DNA from: Camelus ferus
Taxonomy: Eukaryota
Length of the DNA stretch: 60,000 bases
Reading direction: 5' to 3'
NCBI RefSeq assembly: GCF_009834535.1
Contig: NC_045697.1
Location: forward strand, 76,510,001-76,570,000
Position 1 is the first letter of the stretch. The number at the start of each line of letters is the position of its first letter. The translations under genes were made by a program, and so were the position numbers. The notes beneath the pieces were generated by a model. It had not been told where the DNA came from, did no database searches, and saw only the letters and a program-made list of their open reading frames with translations. This document shows positions 12,984 through 24,600 of the stretch, piece after piece.

Positions 12984-14209
12984 TAATTTTTCTAATTAAC
13001 ACCTTTTAAATTTGTTTTTTAATTGACTGATGGTATTATTCTTTGGTCTATAATTACTCAGTCCCATCTTGTGACTTTCTTAGCTACAGTTGGTAGCCGA
13101 AGCCTCCAAGTGTAGTGGGGAGGATGCCTTACGTGGGGAAGTTCTAATGTCCAAGCACAGGCTGCACGTCTGTGTTGTAAATGTGATAGTGTTAGATGAA
13201 AGTTCCTTTCAGGTATTCATTTTCCGTAATTACCACAACTTTGAGCACATCTAAAACCACCTCGAGCCAGTTCTTCTAGCCAGGCCTTTGAGTTCTCCCC
13301 AATCTGGCCATGAACTTCACTTCTCTAGTGCCTTGATTAATTCTTTTCCTAAGATCTTTGTAGTAAAATTTTCTCTTGAGGATTGCTTTTTTTTTTTTCT
13401 TTCTAATTACAAGACTGGTTTTGCTGTAGCTGTTCATTAAATTTAAAAAGATTCATTTATTTGGAGTACCTATTATATGCCGGGCAGCCCTGAGGGTTAT
13501 GGAGATAAATAAGACAGATAAAATCTCTGCCCTCATAGAGCTTGTGTTCTTATAGGGAAGCCAGATAATTGAAAGATAAGAAATGTTTATAAAATTTCAG
13601 GTACTGATAAATACACAAGAACAAAGCAAGACTTGTTAATAGTCTGTCCTAGAGTGACTGGTGTGGGGAGAGGAGGTTGCTATGCTCCAAAGCTCTGAGC
13701 AAGGAAAACAAGGCCTATATGTATGCACCAACTTTAAGGGCTGATTTAGCTTTAATTGCATTTTTTTGTTATTTGGTCATAGTTTAAAACCTTGATTAAA
13801 TCAGACGGACAGACAGTAACACAAAGGTGTTAAGGTTTCAAAAGATCTTTTCCTGAATGACTGAGCAGTAAACAGTTCCTCTTAAGCACCACCAGATGGT
13901 GGTGTTAAGGTTTGGTGTGTTTTTCTATGTCAGCAGCTCTTAAAATTTTGGTTCGGTTTTGGTTTTTGTTTTTATAGTAAAATAAACATATCCTCACTAA
14001 ATACAATGGGATATATTTAAATAATTTCGCTGGTAAAGTTGTGGTATTTTATGTGAAGAAAAAAAACCCGTACTTTGTGCTGGACTTAAAATGTTTTGGG
14101 GACACTAAGCCAAAATGTCACAGCTTGATAAAAAGCCTGCTAAGCATTTTAACAGCAGAGGTTAAATAAATGAAAGAGAGTAAATTAATGGACTAGACTG
14201 GAAACAAAC

Positions 14210-14630
14210 TAGTCTTTGGTCTTATCACAGTGTTCTCCAGGAAATGGATATTAAAATGGACTTAGAATTGCAAAATGGCTTAGTGGAGAGGAACTCCAGG
14301 GAGAGGTAAAGGAAGGATGCAGAATTAGCCAGGAGAAGCTGTCATTCTGTGGTGCACAGCTAACAGGTGCTGTCAGCCCGATGAGGAGCTCCAGCAGAAA
14401 GAACGCCTGTCAGAAGAATAGGTTGGGTGGAAATGGCTACACCCTTGGACCACTTGCTACCTTGTCAGGTCTCTGGCCTGGTGCCATCTTGAGATTAGCA
14501 TGATCTTGGCTAGAAAGCTGAGGTGAACCCTGACAAAGCTAACAACTGGAGTCTGTCAGCCAGCCCCGCTCCGTGCAGCTAGGCAGCAAGTCCACCAGGG
14601 GATCTGAGCAGCCCATCTCTGTCTGCCACA
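14210..14630 (-). mobile_element. LTR16-like ERVL solo LTR
   Basis: Reverse strand begins tgtggcagacagagatgggctgctcagatcccc; degenerate LTR16-type terminus near 14210-14290. Confidence 0.55.
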
Positions 14631-15241
14631 GATTTTATAAAGAAAATATCCTCTTTATAGGATTAAAATGAGAGGCAATCCTATATATCTTGCTTATGAA
14701 AGGAAGATTGTACTATGATTGTTGTTAACATTCATTTGAATTGGGAAGTGTGAGGTAACTTAGGTTCTTAGTAAATGGTACATTCCTGAAGTGTAAAGCT
14801 GGAATAAAGGTTATTTCCCCATTTTACTAGTAAGTGAATTTCTTTGTTAGAGAGCTTGAACTAGAATCCAGGTCTTCTGCAAAGCAGGCCAATTATTCAC
14901 ATTATATACTGCTATTTTCTGATACAGATCAGTCTTTGAATGTAGTAATAAGTATATGCTTAGTCATAAAAGATGGAATGCCAGATACTAGGTTACATCA
15001 GGAAGAAAACTGCAACCCCTGAAATTACACATGTGGAATGTATAATCTAGTGAATAGCCACTAATGCATGGATTCTGTTTGCTATAGGAGTGCATGGGAG
15101 GGGCACCTAAACCCAGACTTGGGGTGAGGGAAGCCTTTAATTTGTTGTTGAAGCAATGACTACTTATCTGCCTAAATGTTTCAAATACAAATGCACTTTT
15201 TCCCAAGTCTCTTTTACTTGTTTTCCTTATGTACTAAGACT

Positions 15242-15472
15242 TTTTTGTGCTAAGATGTTTTTTAAAAAATAATTTTTGTTTCCTATTTTTCCCATTGTCT
15301 TTAATTAAACTTTGTTTTAAAAGTGTATTTCTTTTTTGGCGGGGTGGTAGTGGGGAGGTAATTAGGTTTATTTTTATTTTAATGGAGGTACTGGGGATTG
15401 TACCCAGCACTTTGTGAACGCCAGGCATGTGCTCTACCACTAAGCTCTACCTTCCCCACCCCAACTCCTAAC
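15242..15472 (-). mobile_element. Camelid SINE, long form with extended AT-rich tail
   Basis: SINE body ~15340-15460; TSD actaagact at 15233-15241 and 15473-15481. Confidence 0.88.
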
Positions 15473-17777
15473 ACTAAGACTCCTGAGTGAGAGAAACTGG
15501 CTCATTGTCTTAAGCAAAGAGGGTAAATTATCTGGATACTGGCATGTCACAATACACAAGACAGGGATGCTGGGCAGCAGGAGTGCCAGAATTGAGGGTA
15601 TGATACTGGAAGGACTCCATTGTTTATTTCTGATACAGTCTATGGGTCTGCTTCATGCTTTTTTCCCTATAAAACCAATAACTTTTATTACTCTAGTTCA
15701 GAGTAGAGGGAATCATGGCTGCCAACCTATCTTGATCATTACTTGACAGCTTCAACTTGGCTGAAGTAATGTAACTTTCTAGGAAATTTCCTTGATTCAA
15801 TAATAGTTAAGGGCACCTCCTCGAATGGAAACTCCTACCTCTTCCCTTGTCTTTGGACATTCCTCCCTAACTCACCCCTCTAGCTCTGTGGTCTGGCTCT
15901 CTTTACAAGGTTACCCAAAGCCCAATCAAGTTGCCAAGTTTACGGAATTTAGTTCATATAATTTGTTACAAAGTTTGTGAGACAACTCAAGTCCCAATTT
16001 CACTATCCACGATGAGGTGTCCTCTAACTTCCGCTGAACCTGCTAATGACGGGAATCTTTTCACCTGTCAGGGCAGCCCATGCCATCTTCAGATCTCTTT
16101 CTCTTTCAGAAAGCCATTTCCTATTTTGCTTTAGTTCCTCGGTTTCAGGTCCACCCCTTGTGTTTACATCTAGACATATCTACCTGCACTATCTAATGGC
16201 AGCCAGCATTTCAAAGAGTAAAATGCTCTCCTGAGCTTCCATTTTTTTCAGGCTTACCACTTCTAGCGTTCAGGCTCCGAAATGTTGGGTCTGATTCCTT
16301 GATGGTCACTCCTCTCCCACTGCACTGCCGGTTGTCTATAGTCCTTTAGAAATACGTTCCCCGAGAATTTGGGAGCATTCTCACTGGTGACTTCAATAAC
16401 TACATTTCACCCTAATAACTGCAAAATCTCTGCCTTATACCTTTTAGTCTTCAGTCTGTGTCTCCAACTACATAGTAGGAATTTCTACCTGTATATAATA
16501 AAGTCATCGCAAACTTTAGATTACCAAAATAAAATCCACTTTATTCCTTCCCTCAAAAATAAGTTCTTCAAAAGATTACACATTGCACTTGAGGTGCTTA
16601 TACTTAGACTGATAGAGCCATTTTGGTGACTACATCCTTCTAATAAGCTGTGTTAATATCAGGGTTTCAGCAATGGTGACCATGGACCTAGATGGACCAT
16701 ATTATGTGTTACTGGTTGCCGTATCACCATGGACAAGTTGCTTAGATTCTCTGAGTCTCGTTTTCCTCTAAGTAAAATGCAGTTAACAATATCTACCTCA
16801 TAGGGAGGTTCTGAGAATTAAATGAGATAATGCTCGGCCTCTGGAACATAATAGGTGCTCCAGGAATGTTAGCTCTGAACTTCCCTTTGGTTCTACTTCC
16901 CTTCACATTCTGTAGTTTCATTTAATGCACGATTGTACATTCTCCCCCGGAGATGGGAGTGATGGAAATGTGCACACAGGCCTGTGTGATAAATATAGTT
17001 GAAGCACGGAATGTCTGCTTTTATTATGTCCACTTAACGAAGTGTTTTTATGATTGATGTTTGCCGTTGCCTCTGGGAATGCTTTCTATGCGGCGCCCAG
17101 CAGAACGCCACCCCTGGACTGATGGCCAAGGAGCTGCCTTCCGTTAATGGACGGCATCTTCTCGTCATAAAGTCCATTTCTTCAGACGCTTCCTGTCGAG
17201 GATGAATCTTCACACATGCCATTAAGTGCTTATGTTGGCAGTTGCTCCACTTCAGAAAAAGAATTTTCTCTTGACAGCAGAGTGTGGGCGCCAGTCTAAA
17301 CACAGAGCTCTCAAGGTCCCACCAGGTTAATAGGCTGAACAGTTGTAATTCAGAGTCTTCAGAACTGTTGTACTATTTTCACTGAGATGATGGGACATTC
17401 TCTGACAATTTTAATATCTAACTGTATCTTTTTACATCACATTTTATATTTGTATAACAGCATATTTCAACTTTTAAAAGTGCCCTCACACCTCTTACTT
17501 CATTTAATCGTAACAAGGACCCCAAGCATCTTCTGGGTCTCTTAGTGTCATAAAAAGTAGCAGGCTGAGTCAACAAGGAAGGTACCATTCTGGCTGCTTG
17601 ATCTGCATTATTCCCAGTCCTCACAACAATTCAGTCTAGTCGCTAGGATCGTCTCCATTCCGCAGGGACCCGCTGGGTTGGACTAAAGCGTCGAGCTCTA
17701 AAGCCTTTGTACTTTCTCCTAGAACATTTACTTTTTGTCCTATATTTAATTTATTCTTTAAAACGCGACCTTGGTAT

Positions 17778-18448
17778 GCATTTCCCTCCTGATTAGCCAT
17801 GTGGAGCACCTTTTCATGTACCTGCTGGCAGTCTGTATGTCTTCTTTAGGAAAATATCTATTCAGTTCCTCAGCCCATTTTTAAAATCAGGTTGTTTGCT
17901 TTATTGTTGTCGAGTTGTATGAGTTCTTTGTTTATTTTGGATATTATTCCTTTATCAGATATATCATTTGCAAATATCTTTTCTCATTCAGTAGATGGCC
18001 TTGCTGTTTTGTTGATAGTTTTCCTTGCTATGAAATTTCTTTTTAGTTTGATGTAGTCCCATTTGTTCATTTTTGCTTCTGTTTTCCTTGCCTTAGGAGA
18101 CATATCCAAAAAAGTATTGCTAAGACCGATGCATACTGCCTATGTTTTCTTCTAGGAATTTTACAGCTTTAGGTCTAACGTTTAAGTCTTTAATCCATTT
18201 TGATTTATTTTTGTATATGGTGTGGAAAATGATCCAGTTTGATTCTTTTGCATTCTTCTACGATTCTTTCGTAGCCATCCAGTTTTCCTAACACCCAGCA
18301 ATTCCACTTCTGGGTATTTTTCCAAAGAAAATAACACTAACTCAAAAATATACATGTACCCCAATGTTCATTGCAGCATTACACAATAGGCAAGGTATGG
18401 AAGAAACTAAATGTCCATCAATAGATGAATGGATAAAGAAGATGTGGA

Positions 18449-18481
<33 letters not shown>

Positions 18482-18787
18482 TGTGTCTATATATATCAGC
18501 CATAAATAGAGAATGAAATTTTGTGATTTGCAACAAATAAGGGGGATTAGTAAAATAGGTGAGGGAGATTAAGAAGTACAAAATTCCAGTTACAAAATAA
18601 ATGGGTCACAAGGGTGAAATGTACAGAAAGGGGAATATAGTCAGTGATATTGTAATACCTTTGTATGGTGACAGAGGTATAGACTAATGGTGGTGATCAT
18701 TGTGTAATGTATAGAAATATTGAATCACTATGTTGTGCATCTGGAACTAACATAGTGTTGTAAGTCAATTATATTTCAATTAAAAAA
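17778..18787 (+). mobile_element. L1 (L1MA-like) 3' region with 5' inversion
   Basis: 17778-18294 is antisense L1 ORF2-end sequence; 18294-18787 is sense L1 3' sequence ending gtcaattatatttcaattaaaaaa; internal (TG)n. Confidence 0.85.
18449..18486. repeat. (TG)n microsatellite
   Basis: Direct observation. Confidence 0.95.
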
Positions 18788-18807
18788 TAGTCTTTCCCAT
18801 GATTTAA

Positions 18808-19010
18808 GAGGTTGAGATAGTGGTTACTTTGAGAGGTGGGGATACTAACCAGAAGGGAACATGCGGAGAGCTGCTTGGGTTTGCTGGTAATGTTGTTTCT
18901 TCATCTGGGCACTACTTTGGTGGGTTTGTACATTTTGGGGCAATGCATTGAGCTGTACACTTACAATCTGTGTACTTATGAATGTTACTTTCAATAAAAT
19001 GTTTTTTTTA
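18808..19010 (+). mobile_element. Old L1 (L1MC/ME-type) 3' end
   Basis: gatagtggttactttg..gggtttgctggtaatgttgtttcttcatctggg..ttcaataaaatg. Confidence 0.65.
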
Positions 19011-19789
19011 AAGCCAGCTTTTCTTTTGAAAGTATGAACTCTATCCTCCAAATCTACCACTGTTTGTTTGTTGCAATGGGCAACGTGAGCTCATGTGTGT
19101 TTTGCTCACTTACAATAAATAAATGAGAGCCAAACACACAGAATCAAGGGAAAAAATGGCTTCTTCTAAGAGTGTTGCTTAACCTTTTGGGTCATGGGCC
19201 AATTGAGGATTTGATGAAAATTATAATAAAAGAGTAATAATCAGAGCATACACATTCTGTATCCAGAGCTGTGCCAAACTCTTTGTATATATATTATTTC
19301 TTTTTATCTGTACCATAGCACTGTGAGGTATGCATTATTATTCTCATTTTACAGATGTGGGAACCAACTCTCAGAGAGATAAGCAACTAGACCAAGATCA
19401 CACACGAAGGGATGCTTGACCCAAAATTCAAACCCAAGTTTCTCTGCCTCCCAAACCCATCCCCTTAACTAGTGCACACTGCATATCTCTAGACATTCTT
19501 GTCAGAAGAATGGACTCTTCCCTCCCCTCCCTGCTCCAGTACACACACGTGCACACACACACACGGACAGAGTTTGCCTGCTGTTTCAGGGAGTTCATGA
19601 ACCTTTTGAAGTACTTCATCCATAGACACAGTTTAGGAACATTTTCAGGTTGAAAAAAATGACAGAGGAAATTTTTTTAAAAAGGACTGAACCGTGGGAA
19701 AATACTCAAATCATTAACTTAATGAAGTTGTAGTTTTGATCTGTTACATTCTTTTGTTTCCCCTATAAAGCTTGATTCATGTCATTTTT

Positions 19790-20640
19790 CATATTAACAG
19801 TTTATTATATAATATGTAATATATTCAAAGGAATACATGACACAAACATGTGAATTGGGAAGCATAAGAAAATGAATCAAGTCACTGGGATTCATACCCA
19901 GCATAAGAATGAAAATATTACCAATGCCTTTGAGTCTACATTTGTCCTCTGTCCTTGTCCACATCTCTGCCTTCCCTGAAGAGGAACCTCCTGCTTTGAA
20001 TTTTGTGTTTATCACTTCTTTGCTTTTTGAAAAACAGTATTACCACATTTGTATGACTATTTCAATGATATATCATCTAGTCTTGCTTGCTTTTGAGTTG
20101 CTGCTTAGCACATTGATAATTAAAATTATCTTTTACTATGTTTGTAACTTTAAAAAATATTCTTTCAGATATGTTATCTTTCAGTATGATCATAGCTTTA
20201 AAAACTATTTTCAACTTTATAAAATTTGATTGTCATATCTTTCAGGTGGATTGAAGCTTTCATCATTATGTGGTGACCATCTTCATATTTCATAGTGATT
20301 TTTTTGTCTCAAAGTCTACGAAGTCTCATGTTAATGTAAGTAACTCAGTTCTCTGCAGCTTAGACTTGGCCATGTATATTTATCTACCGTTTTCTTTCAG
20401 CCTTTTCTTTGCACTTACGTTTTAGGGGTGTCTGTGTAGCATGAAGCTTTATTTATTTGTGTCACTCTGATAATCTTTGTCTTTTAATGAGCAAGTTCAG
20501 CCTATTTTCAGGAATTGTGATTATTACATACTTGGACTTTTCTCTATGTCTTTACTTTGCACTATTTATCTCACTTTTTCAATGCTTCTTTTTCCTCCTC
20601 TTTCACCTTTTTTGGGTTGATAGAGTTCGTTTGTTTTTTA
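19790..20640. mobile_element. Degenerate L1ME/L1M fragments
   Basis: T-rich sequence with old L1 motifs (gaggaacctcctgctttgaattttgtg; cactctgataatctttgtcttttaat). Confidence 0.5.
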
Positions 20641-20658
20641 AATCCTTACATGGCGTAT

Positions 20659-21600
20659 TGTAGTTTCCAAATTTGGCAGCGACAACGGCTCTTACTCCAT
20701 TCATTTTGTACAAGGTGACCTTGCGAGGCCCCATGACGAGGTGGCAATGACTTCCGTAGCCCTTGCTGCTTGGCCAGCCCTGTGACTGCTTTAACCAGCA
20801 GAAGAAGGTGGAAGTGAGCCTGTGCCAGCACCGGGCGGTTTTAAGCAGCCTGGCACCTCTGGTTCCTGCCTCTGAGAATGCCAGCTCTTGGGACGCACCC
20901 TCTTGGGATGCAGTTGGGAACCCAGCTACAAGATCATGAGAAGCCCAAGTCACACGAAGAAGCGGCCACTCCTGTCCACACCAGCTGAGCTCTGAGCTGG
21001 CCACCATCATCAATGCTAGTTCTGTGAGTCAGCCCTTGTGGACATCCAGCCCCAGCTGCCAGCTGACAGAAACTGCTAGAAACACCCCAGGGGAGAGCTG
21101 CCCACTAGCCCATTCAGCCTAGAAAACCTTGGGAAATATTAATAAGCTATTGTTTTTAGGCAATAAATTTTAAGGTGGCTTTTTCTGCAGTGTAGATGAC
21201 TGGGATGGAAATGTGGCACTGGCTTTGGGACTGAGTAATGGATGGAAACAGACAGGGTCTTGAGGAGGTGGAGAATTCAGGCTAGAAAGGCTTCGAGGAG
21301 ACCACAAGTGACAGGTGACAGTTCCTCAGGGAAGTGTTGACGAGGGCTTGAAGCCATTGAGAGAAATGATGTTGGAGGCTGAAAAAAGGCAGCAGGTAAT
21401 GTAGAGAATAGAAAGGGCACCTAATGAACCCATGGATCTAACTGGGGCCTTTTCCAGGCAGAAACTAGAACGTGTCAACTGGCTTCTCCTAGCTCAGGTA
21501 GCATATAATGCAATGTGAGAAGAGAGAGATGAACCAAAGGAGGAATTGTTCAGTTTTTGAGCTGAGTCTAGAGAAGTAGAGAGCCCAGAATAGTCTTTCC
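20659..21600 (+). mobile_element. MaLR MLT1-type LTR (to ~21205) plus adjacent internal sequence
   Basis: TG start; MLT1-like end (tattgtttttaggcaataaattttaaggtggc..gcagtgtagatgactgg) followed by gtggcactggctttgggactg typical of MLT1-int. Confidence 0.7.
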
Positions 21601-24600
21601 AGATAGTAAATGAAAGCTTGTGTTTTTAAAACATAGTTTATCAAAGAAATGTTCCTCATTCTTTTTTAAAAGATTTTATTGTTAAATTAATGATTAAAAA
21701 TGTAATCTTTTAAACATCATCTCTGTGTCAGAATTGACAACTGTAACTTTTAGTTGCACTGTACGTTTTCACTTTACAAAGAACTTTTATATAAATTACC
21801 CCAATCCTGCTACTCAATAAGTAGGAAAGCTATTGTTAGTCTACAATGTAGCAATACCCACGGCCATCCTTCCTCCTCCTACAATTTTGAGGTTCCAACT
21901 GCGTGCCCACTGTTATGCTGTAGATAGGTGATCGCACATCCTTAGAGTGGGGTATTAATGCACAACTTAAGGATGAAGGATATTAAGCCAGAGAGGCAAA
22001 TATCTCAAACCACAAAACCTCAAATTCAAACCTTAATTTGACTCCAAATCCAAACTCCTATTTCACCGTTTTCCTTGAGAAGAATAGGTTGAAATTTTAA
22101 ACCAGAAAGTATCTTCAATATGTGGGCTACTTTCATCTTATAAAATCTCATACTTCTTCTCTGTCTCACAGTGAGTATTTTTCAGACTAACTCTGATTTA
22201 TAACTTTGGTAAATTATTTGACTTCGTGCATTTCTTTTAGTTAGGAATACACCAATATTGTAACAAGCTTCTTTATTTGTAAAATAAATGGGTTGGATCA
22301 GATGATCTCTAACATCCCTCACCTTTGATACTCTTGTCTCTTCCATTTTTCTGACACATGGGTTTTCTGATTGGTGTCTGGAGGACTGCAAATGAATTCT
22401 ATTTGACCAGCAGATGGGGCTCTTGATACATGAATAAGAAGAAGCATTGATTGAGTGCCTACCATGTGCCAAGCCTAGGGGCCAGGCTTCAGAGTTGTAT
22501 GATGGTGTTCTTAGGCCTGTCTCAAATTCTTGTTTTCACATGTGGTAAAGCTTTCAAAGGAACACTTACCATTTTACCAAGAAGGAACTTTTCTCTGTAG
22601 AAAATTGATTAAGTGATCACTGAAAAGTCTCCCAGTGCTAAGTGCCCAGATTTGAGGCCCAAAATTAAATGACCTTAGGAGTCCACGGCTCCCTTGTGAA
22701 GGAGCTGATATGTCTGATCTTTGGTAGCTTTGAAAGATCTCCCAGGGACTCAGGAGCTAGAAATTTGGATCTTATTAAGGCTTTCATGAGCACAGATAGG
22801 ATACAAACACCACAGAGAGTTCAAGAATATTTTCAATTTATACATATATTTTAATACTTAATATCCTTTATCTGTAAAGGATTAATAATACTAATACCAT
22901 CTTTTTTCGCCCCTAGGTACTAACTATATGATGCTTCAAAATAGGAAGTAGAATAACCCAAATGTTTCTGAAACTTTGTTTTCTCTTTGTTTTTCTTGAA
23001 GCTCTCTTCTGGTTTCCCAATATCAATCATTATTATTTTATAAAGAGCCACAGTCAATTCTAGGCAGTGTTGACACTGCACTTTCCCATTTCTGAGTAAG
23101 AGAAGTCTCAAGATAGGAGCTGCAGTGCAGCCGGCAATGCCACTTAAAACTGCATCAACGATCAAAGAAAAGTCAAATATTTAAATAACCTCTCAAAGGC
23201 AGGCCAGGACAAACCACTCACTAAGCTTGGACACGCGTCCCTGCGTGAAAGGTCACGTGCGCGCTGGGGGTAAGCACCTCTTCTCTGCGGCATCCCGGCC
23301 TTGAGCGACCCGTGAGGGTCTCCCAACAAGCTGGTGCCATGTCGGGACCTTGTGGCTGGGCGTCCTCTGCCCTGTGCCACGCCTGGTCAGTCCTTTGAGA
23401 AGAGCAGACAGAGGTACCAGAAAAAAAAGAATACTAACTGTACCTCTGGGTCTTTGGGGTCTCACGTGTGAAGATCTGCTGTTTCTTTGCCCCCTCTTCC
23501 TCCCAACACCTAAAATATCACATGACCCCATTGTTACTAAAGTAAGTCTTAGTGAAGGAAATTGCCGATGTTTCAAGAAGGCTTGTTGTTTTCCTTGTCG
23601 TTTGAATTCGTCTTGGATCTTTTCCTCTGAGCATGTTAATCAGTGTTTCTGAGCCAACAGGGAGTAAACAAGGAAAGTGCTGATTCACTAGCCTTAGTAC
23701 ACACTCCATTCTTTTGGAGTTTTAACCTTTTAAATCCCTAACTCTTGTCCTGGAGAGGACTTTCTTTTACTATGAAAAGCTTTGTTATTCCAGGAAGGGG
23801 AGGTGTGGAAAATAGCTAATATTTATTGACAGCTTACGGTGTGCCTGGCGTTGTCCCCAGCATTCTTCACATGTCACCTCAAAGCAACCTCGTGACAGTG
23901 CTGTAACGTAGGACTACTTGGCCCATTTCGTAGATGAGGAAACTCAGAGAGGTCAAGTCACTCCTGAAAGGTTGCACAGACAGTAGGTGATGAACCCAGA
24001 GCCTGTGCCCGTTACCACGATGGAGATTCCAGGAACGTGTCCTTATCTGACCTCAGAGAAATGGGAAACTCTTAATACTTCCTGAAAAATGAATCAACTA
24101 GATTGGAAACTGCTTGAGTTCCAGGTCTGATTTTATTTCTTATTTACTTCTTTATAAAAATTTCCACACCATATCCTATTTATATGTTCATATTCACCTG
24201 CTGCAGCACTTAAATACATTTTGTCCATTTAGCCTCATTCATCTGTATCTGAAAAATGTACCCAGTTCTCAGCATATAAGAGGAGCTTGGTTTATGTTTA
24301 GGGGCTTAAGCAGAAATAACTTTTGGAGACTGTTTTAAAGCTTACAAAACACACGTCCATTGCTCCGCTTATTACTAATTACAGATATTTCACACGGTCT
24401 TCATCTAGCTGGAATTTAGAAAAGACTGTTCTTGTACAATTTTTATTTGACAGCATGTTAGTTAATTCTACATGAATTCTATGTACCAAGTTATACGTGT
24501 ATACCTTACTTCCTTTTCATAACATAGCTTCTGCATTTCGTTTTATTAAATTCATGCCTGAGAGTGGAGTGAAACAAGACATTTGCTCACGTAGGGGGTT

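Larger units (their letters stand above)
12433..13000 (+). other. OSTC: OSTC 3' UTR
   Basis: Follows the TAG stop; contains two AATAAA hexamers; distal end approximate. Confidence 0.8.
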
